From the NCBI GenBank assembly GCA_033442325.1, contig JAWQFM010000032.1, positions 129,343 to 193,342 on the forward strand: a DNA stretch of 64,000 bases, written 5' to 3'. A model generated the notes under the pieces. The model did not search any database. It saw nothing but the letters and a program-made list of their open reading frames with translations, and had not been told where the DNA came from. Every line of letters starts with the position of its first letter. Position 1 is the stretch's first letter. The stretch is from Salpingoeca rosetta. Lineage: Eukaryota > Protista > Choanoflagellata. The position numbers and the translations under genes are program-made. Below are positions 29,099 to 51,007 of this stretch, one piece after another.

Positions 29099-29240
29099 AC
29101 GCAATGGTACCTCCGCGCAGGGCGACGATGTTGCGGATGCCCGCCTTCTTCGCGCCCTCAAGGGCAATGTCAACCTTCTCCTTGTCCATGTTGGTGCTGT
29201 GCACGGCAAATGGGGTGTGCGCGAAGCTGTTGAGACGATG

Positions 29241-29322
<82 letters not shown>

Positions 29323-29798
29323 ACCAAGTGAGGTGCATGTTGCTCTCGACCCCAATCTCGTTGTTCATGCGAATGCACAGGTCGAGGGTGAGGTCTGACG
29401 TGGAGCCGCCGGCACCCCAGGTCATATCCATGAACAAGCCATCTGTGGGCATGGCGTGCACAATACACATAAGTTTCAGCCGTGCAAGAGGTCATCATTA
29501 CTGTGCATTGTCCTCCCGCCACATGCAGCCAGACACACTCACACATACGTACACGCAGACACAGTCTCTCAGACACGCAGACACACACACAGTCACACAG
29601 TCACACAGTCACACAGTCACACACACACACGCACACACAGAGACACAGACACACACCTTGGGTCTTGTAGCGGCCGATCCTGTCGATGAGCGACTTCACA
29701 CCATCGTCCGTCTTTGGCGGGAAGTACTCAAAGGAGATGAACTTCTCCTTGGCGTTTTGCTTCGTCGTGATGAGGTCGATAATCTTCTCTCCAGGCAT
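27408..29798 (-). CDS. MTHFR: Methylenetetrahydrofolate reductase, catalytic domain only; one internal segment is absent from this sequence
   Basis: [76 protein letters not shown], ending [10 protein letters not shown]. Confidence 0.9.
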
Positions 29799-30538
29799 CT
29801 TGCTGGTTTGGTAGAGGGTGGCACAACCGAGAAAAGGAGGGACTGGCGTCTGGCGTGTTGACGATGCGTACGTGCGTACGTGCGTACGTGCGTGTGTGTG
29901 TGTGTCACAAGAAGCAACAAGTCAGCAACAGCAAGCTCAATAAAGGCTGGAGTACGATGAGTGGAAAATGAGCAAGCAAGCGCGGTCAAGTGCAAATAAA
30001 CAACAAGCCCAACAGCAACCACAAGCGAACAAGCCAGCCGAGCAAAGCCAGCCAACGAGCAACACCGGTCTCCACTGCACCATCACCTCTAGCGTTGCAG
30101 TAATGTAACAACAGCGAGCACGACAAAGGCAGGCTGTGCTGTTGTATCTGCCACGTTGTTGCACGTCAGCAGCTGCTCTGTGTGCGGGGAATTTCTCATG
30201 CGCAAGTTGTGCGATTGGAGATGTTTCTATGAAAACTTAAACAAAAGACGTCCGGCTGTCCTTCTTCAAGAGCGGACGAAGAAGAGAGGGAAGAAGCAAC
30301 AGAAACCAACAACAGAACAGAAGAGCAGAACAGAAGAGCAGCCAGTCACACGGCTGTATGCACATCACATCAACCAACCAGCCCAAAGATTATGGCAAAA
30401 GGCATACTTCAAATGTGCAACGGGAACAGCAGTGGAAACAAGTCAACTTACACGCTGTGCACACAACACACACACGCATCTCTCCCTCCCTCCCTCCCTC
30501 TCTCTCTCTCCCTCTCTCTCTCCCTCTGTGTGCCTCGC

Positions 30539-35331
<4,793 letters not shown>

Positions 35332-35849
35332 CCTTGGTCTTCGTGTCTTCTGTCACAGCAGCAGCCTGCCTGTCTCCTTCGTTGCCTGCTCAGATACTGT
35401 GGTCGTGCGTGAAAGGACGAGAGGATGCGCAAATGGAGAGCTCGCACACGCACCAGTTATTGCTGCTCGCTTGCTTCTTGTGGTCTCTTGCTTCTTGCAT
35501 TGTTGAGGCGTCGCCATGCTTCTTGCTTGCTCGCTTGCTTACTGTTTGACCTTGCATCTCCTCTGCCCCATCATCTTCACTGATTGCTTTTCTCCACTCG
35601 TCACCCACGATGACAATTGCGCAGCAACAGCCGCGTTCAAGGCCAATCACAGTTGTTGTGATGTTGTTCGCACGCACTCACGCATGATGCGGGGAGAGCG
35701 AGCTTGCTTCTTCATGGGATGGGTCGACGCACTTGTCACTGCAGGTGTTCTTGCTCGTGTGTGTGTGATTAACACCTACTTGCTGGCTTGCTTCTTCGCT
35801 TGCTGCGGTGCTGGTGCATGTGTTGCTTTTGTCGGGCTGAGGAGCGCTT

Positions 35850-37227
35850 TGTAGCTTTGTTCGCTGACACGCACACAGCACGTGTGCCATGGGGATGACA
35901 TGCGCGCAGTAGAGCAGCAGGCAGTAAACAGGTGCACCCAGCAGAAGAGAGGGAAGAGGCAGTGGAGACAAAGGGCAGCACTGTGGGAGGAACTGGCTGG
36001 CTTCCTGGCAGTGCGTTGTCACGCTTGTGCAAGAGAACAGCGGCGAGCAATGCTGAAGTGACAAAGCGTGATGCGGTTTCTGTATGATTATTCCTTCGCA
36101 GAGCCCATTCACGCACGTGTCGGCGCAGCTGGAGATGCCTGTGCAAACATACATGTGTGCATTTGTACATGCGCGCACGTGTGTGTATGTGTGTGTGTGT
36201 GTGTATAGCGTGTGAGGGTGTCATCAGGCTGCAATTGTCCCTGGGTGAAGGATCTTTGCACCACCAGGGCTGGGTGCTTGTGTTCTGTTGCGTCATGCAC
36301 GGAGCATCTGTTGTTGTACAAGCAAACATGTCGCATGCACACGCACGCACACACGCACACAGAGGGACACTGTGCACGCAGAAACAACAACGACAGCACA
36401 CACAAAGACATTCATTCACACACAGAGACATCGTACAAGCAGAAACAACGACAACAGCAGCATCCACAAAGACGCTCATTCACGCACACACCACACACAC
36501 ACACACATACACACAAAGCAACAAAAAGAGACGGCTCACCCTTTCGAACAAAGTCCAGGTATGCAAACTGGGATGTGCTGTTTGGAAACGCCTGCAGAAT
36601 CTGTGCGTACAATGCAGCCAGTTCGGAAAGGGCAGTGGAACCACCAACTGATGTGAACACGTGATCATCACATCAAGCAACAAGCAAGGCAAGCAAGCTA
36701 TCACAAATTTGCAAGCAAACGGATGAAATGCAAAATCAGACAGGAACGGACTCCAGTGTCAAGCTCGGCACTCCTGCGGGATTCATTTGCACGTTTGCTC
36801 CCCATCTCAGGCAAACACACTCACACGCACACACGCAGACACACACACACACACACACACACAAAGGGAGTTTCATGCACGTATACACGCTCAAGTGCAC
36901 TTCGCTGCGCACCATTGTGGTGTTGGTGATGAGGTTTGGGCACATGTCAGGGAAGCCTGCGTGCTCAAGCGCCAAGGCTTGAAGCAGCAGCGGCAGGTAC
37001 CCGCCCACAACAACGGTGGCGTATGCGCTGTTGGCCCAATCAAATGCGTACCACGCCCTCAGCTCTTTGCGATCAGCAACGGGATCTGTGCTGTCCCCGC
37101 CTCTGTTGCTCTCATCCACATCGTCAGTGTCCACAGCGGCTGCTTCCACCACCTCGCCATCACCATCACCACCAGCATCATCACCGCCAGCGATCATCCA
37201 GGCACTCCTCTTGCCGTTTGCTGGCAT
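35850..37227 (-). pseudogene. Atg22/UMF1-like MFS transporter, N-terminal fragment only (3' boundary approximate)
   Basis: KELRAWYAFDWANSAYATVVVGGYLPLLLQ matches the TM1 signature of this family. Following exons give ILQAFPNSTSQFAYLDFVRK and GISSCADTCVNGLCE. No further MFS helices are visible before the next gene. Confidence 0.5.
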
Positions 37228-37275
37228 GATGTTTGTTGTTGTGTTTGCGGTTTGTTTGAGTGAAGACTGAAGTCA

Positions 37276-37338
37276 GTCGATGATTCGATTGGTGGAAGAT
37301 TTCAAGCAATCTTCTTCCGCCAATCTTTTGAATCGACA
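37276..37338. promoter_or_regulatory. Inverted repeat with opposed CCAAT motifs in a ~155-bp divergent promoter
   Basis: GATTGGTGGAAGA (37287-37299) pairs with TCTTCCGCCAATC (37313-37325), between head-to-head ATGs at 37227(-) and 37384(+). Confidence 0.4.
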
Positions 37339-37383
37339 GACGTTGCAAAGACTGCACACAACAACAAGCTCACGAAAGACACG

Positions 37384-37656
37384 ATGGCGACCAGCACGAC
37401 CACCATTGCTAGCAGTGCGCGTGGATCGCCCGCGCCAGTGAGTAGCTTGGGGCTTGCTTGCATTCTCACTCTTGTCGACCAGTCTCTCTTGTCGACCAGT
37501 CTCTCTTGTCGATCAGTCTCTCTTGTCGATCAGTCTCTCTTGTCGATCAGTCTCTCTTGTCGACTTGGTCAACACAAGCTGCGCTTGCTTTTGTGCATGC
37601 AACCCTGTTCATTTCTTTCCCCGCACCTCTTCCATCCACGAACGCCTGCCTGTATC

Positions 37657-37709
<53 letters not shown>

Positions 37710-40700
37710 CTCATCCCAGCTCACGGCATCACGTGTTTCGTGGCCTGCATTCATAACTAGTCGCTGCAGCAGGGCGAACAGGAACAGGGCCAGGACATGC
37801 CAAGAACGCTCAGCAGAGCCGAGGTGGGTTCTTGTTCGGCCATCATACGTGTATGTATGTATGTATGTATGTATGTATGTATGTATGTATGTATGTATGT
37901 ATGTATGTATGTATGTATGTATGTATGTATGTATGTATGTATGTATGCATGTGTGTATGTATGTATGCACGTACGTGCGTGTGTATGCGCATTTGCGCGT
38001 GTACTCTTGTCAACACGAGCGATGTAATACAACCATCTCTCGGCTCACACTTGCTTGTTCTTGTGCCGCCTCCACGTAGACGGACGTCTTGCGGCGCTGC
38101 TTAGCCTTCTTGGGCTTCCGCCTCCTGATCATTGAGGCAACAAGCAACGCGTTGACCAGCGACGAGGAGAGAGCTTTGGCCAGCAAAGAGAGCGCTGTCT
38201 CGCTGGGAGATGTCATTCGCGATGCATCGGGTTGGTGCCTTGTGCCTTGTGCTTCCCTTACATGTCATTGACAAGCACATCTTGCCGTGTGCACGTGTTG
38301 CCATGTCTTGTGCCGTGCTACATGTCAACGTATGGCAGGTGCGCAGTGTTCGTGCATTGTTGTGCACTGCTTGTCTATTCCAGCGCCTGCTCACACTGTC
38401 CCGCACATGAACGTACCACAAACCAGAATCGGACGAGGCCTTTGCTGCCCGCTACCCTGAGGGCGTCAATTTCAAGCGGGTGGACCTCCAGCAGCAGTTT
38501 AAGCGCATTCCGTATCGCGTACATAAGGTCATTGGTATGATCCCGGATGATCTGCAACGGATGCTCAAGGCAGCCATCAGCAGCTTTGATGAAGTGACTG
38601 TTGAGGCCGCGTTGGAGGAGGGTAGTGTCACGTGTGCAGCTCCAACGATTGACAGCAACCTCAAGCAGCAGCGCGCAGGTACGATGGCCGCAGCAACACG
38701 ACACATACATGCACATTCTTGCACAAGTTGGAGCACAGACACGCGAGTGCTTGCTGACGTGTGTACCTGCGTTGCACACACACATTGGCACACATTTAGC
38801 CACACCCTTACCCTTACATACACACCCTTACCCTTGCATACATACACGCACATACACACCCTTACCCTTGCATACATTCGTACACATACATACACCCTTA
38901 CATTCACGTACACACGCACACGTGCAGACCTGTGGCGGCCGCTTGCGCCAAGCGAAGTGGGAAAGATTGCCAGAAGCTTGGCGACACCGCGCAGCCAGGC
39001 TTCGACCTCATCGTCTCGGTCTTGGAGCCGCAAGTCAGCAACTATGGCTGAGAAGAGGACGATTGTCATGAACGACCGGATGTTTGGCGAAGTGGATGCA
39101 CGCGTGTTCCGTGCCACGAAGAGGATCAAGGACGAGTTGACCGCCAGCGTCGCCTCCTGCACCAAAAGTGCGTTTGCTACTCTGTGCTTGTACTGCACCA
39201 CACAAGGTGGTTGTGTTTGTGTTGGCTCACGTGCGTGTGTATCAATGTGCACTACGAAGGTGTGTGTGTGTGGGGGGGGGAGAAGGGCTTTCCTGTGCCA
39301 CTGTCTTGAATTCCGAAGCTTATCGTGTTCTGCACTGTCGTCTTATCAGCATGGCCCAAACTGTATACGGACTGTGAAGGCATCATGCAGAGCGACTTTC
39401 AAGTGAATCTTCAAGTGTACATTCAAACACGCAAGTGGCCCTTGGCGACCCCACGCTTCATCGTTCAGGCACCATTCGCACACAACCCCGAGTTTCGAGT
39501 TGACTTGGCCTTCATATTCCAGGATACATGGACCTTTGTCTTCCCTCTCCTGTGCGAGGTATGCCCCATTCTTCATCCTTATCGAGCCAACACAACAACT
39601 TCAACAACACGGCGCACACATGCACACCTGCTCTCATTACACACGCACACGCATGCTCCGCGCACTCACACGACGTGTCATGCTTCCTTCGCATCACTCA
39701 CACACACACACATTCTGTCACGATTCATGTTGTTTTCGATGCAGTTCAAGAGAAGTGGCCTCCCGCTCGACAAAGTGGAGGCCATGGCGCAGCTGGACGA
39801 ATACGCGTCACATGCCACGAAGGCGCTCCCACGCCGCGCTGTTGGGCTGCCCTTCCCCTTTGGCATCACTGTCACTGGCAACACCGTCAGTGTCTTCGCA
39901 TATGTCTTGACCCGCGACCACCAGGACCTGGAAAAGGTAACAGCGTTGTGTGCTGTGTTCCTTCATCGCATGTGCGTGTGTGTGCATGTGCTTGCGTGCA
40001 TCTGAATGCATGAGTGTGTGTGTGTGTGTGTGTCAATGCTTGATTTGAATGTGTTTCCTGTGTGTCAGCTTTCTTCACTTCTCACCCTGTTGTGCGCTGT
40101 TTGTGTACGACACACGATGTGCGCGCGTGTGTGTGCGTGTGTAAATGCCTTCAGATTTATCGCATCCCGCTTCTCAAAGACGCAAAGGTGTGAACACATG
40201 CATGCGTTTGCTTTTGCCTTTGTCTTTGCTTGCGTGTTTGCATGCGTGTGTCCATGACGTACTTCTGAGCACCTACATTACTCTTTCATCCCCTGCTTGC
40301 CACGTGCTCCTGCGTTCTCTCTCTGTCTCTGTCTCTTTCTCTCTCGCCCGCGCGCGCGTGTGTGTGTGTGCCTATGGCTTGGTCTTGCTGTTGGTTGTGT
40401 CTCCGCTTGACTCATGCATGTGTGCGCCACATGCTGTTGCGCTGCCACGGGTTGCACTGCCAGATTGAGACTATGCCGGCCATCCTCGACGTCCTGCTGA
40501 GCAAGGACCGCATTGCCTATTTCCAGGCCCTGTCCCGCCACATGGAAGGCAAGAGCTCCGACAACGCCAGCGACACCAGCGACGCCGGCGACGCCACGCA
40601 TCAGCTGGCACTGCTGCACCTGGACGATGGCGATGGCGATGGCGCTGGTGATGGTGATGGCGATGGCGATGGCGACACCAGCGACGCCGGCGACGCCACG

Positions 40701-41525
40701 CATCAGCTGGCACTGCTGTACCTGGACGATGGCGATGGCGCTGGTGATGGCGATGGCGCGGACGCGTATGCGTGCCCACCGCTGTACGGCGTTGCGAAGA
40801 AGGACTGGCCGTGCGAGGAGAGCGCTCTAGCCGAGCACCGTCTGTTCGTCACCAGATTCTACGCGCCGCAGCCCAACGTGCGCATCTTCAACAGCCGCGT
40901 GCTCAAGGAAGTGCCAGAACGCGACGCAGACAACATCCTGCGCGCCTGGAAGATTGCCCACCCGAGCATCAACGTCGTGCGCGTCGGCCCCATGCCCCAG
41001 GGCCAGTGCGTGCTCGATGCCCCTTACCTTGGCAAGACGTGGGTGGACCAGCGGCCAACGCGGATTGAGCAGATTGACGAGCCTGTGGAACAGCTGCTGC
41101 GCCTGCTGCGCAAAGGGCTGTGCCACGGTGACGTCCGGAACGAAAACATCGTCATTGGTCCGGATGGGCGCACCAGCATCATCGACTTCGACATGACCCA
41201 GGACCTGGGCACGGATCTGCCCTCCGGCCTCATCACGGACTACCTGGAGCGGCCAGCGCGCGTGTTTGGCCGCATGCGCAGGCTCAAGCGAGAGGCAGGC
41301 GATGATTTCGAGTCCCTGATGTTCTCATGGGCACGAGCATGCTCCACCAGCCCAGATATCTTCGGCTGCGAGTTTGCTCAGCAGGTTTTCTGTGCGCGGG
41401 AGCGTGTTGTTGAGCTGCTGACGAAGGAGCGGGGCCGGCTGTTGGCGGAGGGGGCCGACGACGCGATTGTGCACCGTGTCGACGCCGCCATCCACAGGTG
41501 CGAGAGGGCCACCCTGTTTGCCTGA
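37384..41525 (+). CDS. Crinkler/RHS-like protein: PD-(D/E)xK restriction-endonuclease-fold domain plus C-terminal kinase
   Basis: Phase-consistent exons 37384-37437, 37761-37823, 38080-38230, 38427-38678, 38928-39167, 39350-39558, 39745-39936 and 40464-41525. Nuclease-like motif RVDLAF...PLLCEFKRS...AMAQLDEYA. Kinase motifs RVLKEV, CHGDVRNENIVI, IIDFD. Confidence 0.7.
37469..37564. repeat. 17-bp minisatellite (AGTCTCTCTTGTCGAYC, ~5.5 copies) in intron 1
   Basis: Direct tandem repeat read from the sequence. Confidence 0.92.
37849..37947. repeat. (GTAT)n tetranucleotide microsatellite
   Basis: Perfect gtat run read from the sequence. Confidence 0.95.
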
Positions 41526-41539
41526 TGGTTGCACTGAGC

Positions 41540-41945
41540 GATGATGTTTGATGGTGATTGATGGCGGTAGTGGTGATGGTGGTGACTTATGATGTGATTT
41601 ATTGATGGTGATCGTGGTGGTGGGTGATGGTGTTTGTTTGTGGTGAATGATGCTTTTTCATTGTGGTGGTGGTGGTGGTGGTGATTTGACGGTGATTGCG
41701 TTTGGTTTGTGGTGAATGATGTTTGTTCCTGGTGGTGATGGTTGTGATTTGATGGTGATTGATGACATGATGTGATTCATTCATTCATGGTGGTGGTGAT
41801 TTGATGGTGATGTGATTCATTCATGGTTGTGGTGGGTGGTGGTGATTGACTTTAGTTTGTGGTGGCATTTTTTTGTGGTGAATGATGTGATGCTTTTTCA
41901 TTGTGGTGGTGGTGATTTGATGGTGATGTGATTCATTCATGGTTG
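41540..41945. repeat. Degenerate TGA/TGG-rich minisatellite downstream of the nuclease-kinase gene
   Basis: Recurrent GGTGATTTGATGGTGA, GATGTGATTCATTCATGG and TGTGGTGAATGATG motifs. Confidence 0.75.
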
Positions 41946-42304
41946 TTGCTCGAGACGGAGATCCAAGAACCGATTGCTATTCGTATTCAATGCTGTCTAT
42001 GCTACAATAAACGTCAACCAGCAGCCCGCATGCTCAGACACATGAACATGAGCTTGTCACCAACAATCAGGTACAACGGGAAAGACAGCGAGCGACAAAC
42101 AGCGAGCAACCCATCAAACCACACGTCCATCCACCGCAACACTATGACCAGCCGCCTTGAACGCGTGGCTTTCGATTGTGACGGCCTCTGCGCTTCCCTG
42201 AGCGGCTGCGTCCCCCGCCATCGCTGGTGTTGCTGCCTGCTTCTATTTTTCAAGCAACGCAGAGCAAACAGACAGGATACGTGAGCGTGTTTGAGTGAGC
42301 CGAA

Positions 42305-42386
<82 letters not shown>

Positions 42387-42462
42387 TGTGTGTGTGTGCT
42401 TAAGCAGAACGCCAACAAGCCATGTGAGGCATGGCGATGGCTGTTGCTGCTCACTCTTCAGA

Positions 42463-47084
<4,622 letters not shown>

Positions 47085-47449
47085 TGTGGGCAGGTGCACG
47101 CTGCACACTCTCGTGTCTCCCACTCCAACTCTCTTGCTCCGATTCTGCTTGCACTTGGCGGGGGTTCTGTATCTTTTCTCTCACGTCTCGTGGGTGTAAA
47201 TGTACTTGTAAAGGCTTATGCAGCCCACCGCAGCCCACCATCACACGAGGGGCTGCAACACATTGCGGCTGTGTCTCCTCTCTCGCTTCTGGCATTGCAA
47301 CAACAGACAGCGTTTGGTGGGTTGTCTTCGTGAAGTGCGCCAGAAATGTCGTAAAAGATACCAATAGATTTTCAGTAACCGCAGTGCTCCAGCCACACCC
47401 AAACAAAACATACAGCAGGAAGCAGTGCAGACAAGACAGGACACCAGGA

Positions 47450-50354
<2,905 letters not shown>

Positions 50355-50733
50355 GGGTGCCGCTGTGACGTTTTTACAATAGTCATCCCATGAATGATGT
50401 CATGTGGTGTTGATTGCGCTGAAGCTCCAACTCACACGAACACATGTACACTCCAGTGTGTCCCTCCCGCTCTCTGTGCCATCTTGTGCCAGAGCCGCTT
50501 TCCGTCTCGACTTTTGCGCATGCTTGCTTGCTCTCGTTCTTGTGTATGCAACAAGGGCCTAACGAACCATAGCGAGACTGAGAAAAATAGCAAAGAAAGC
50601 AAAACTGGAAAGCATAAAAATGTGTGAAAAAAGAGGCCAACACTTGCGGCGCGTGACGTCAAGTGTTCATTCACACGATCAAACAAGAACAACGGCAGTG
50701 CTCATGTGTGTCAGCAACACCCTAACTGCAATG

Positions 50734-50766
<33 letters not shown>

Positions 50767-50879
50767 GAGTCGCACAACAAGAAAAGGTAGCCACACAAAC
50801 GCAGACACGCACCTACAAATTCTGTTTTTCCATCACACCACTGTACAACCACCACCACCACCACAACAACAACAACAGC

Positions 50880-50914
<35 letters not shown>

Positions 50915-51007
50915 CCAACAACAACAAACAACAACAACAACAACAGTCTCCCTTCTTCCCAAAACCAGCACTTCTGCTTGACAGATGTACACGACGGAGC
51001 GGACGCC

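Noticed and set aside
37469-37564. CRISPR-like array
   Set aside because: The 17-bp units are directly adjacent with no unique spacers, there are no cas genes, and the context is a eukaryotic intron.
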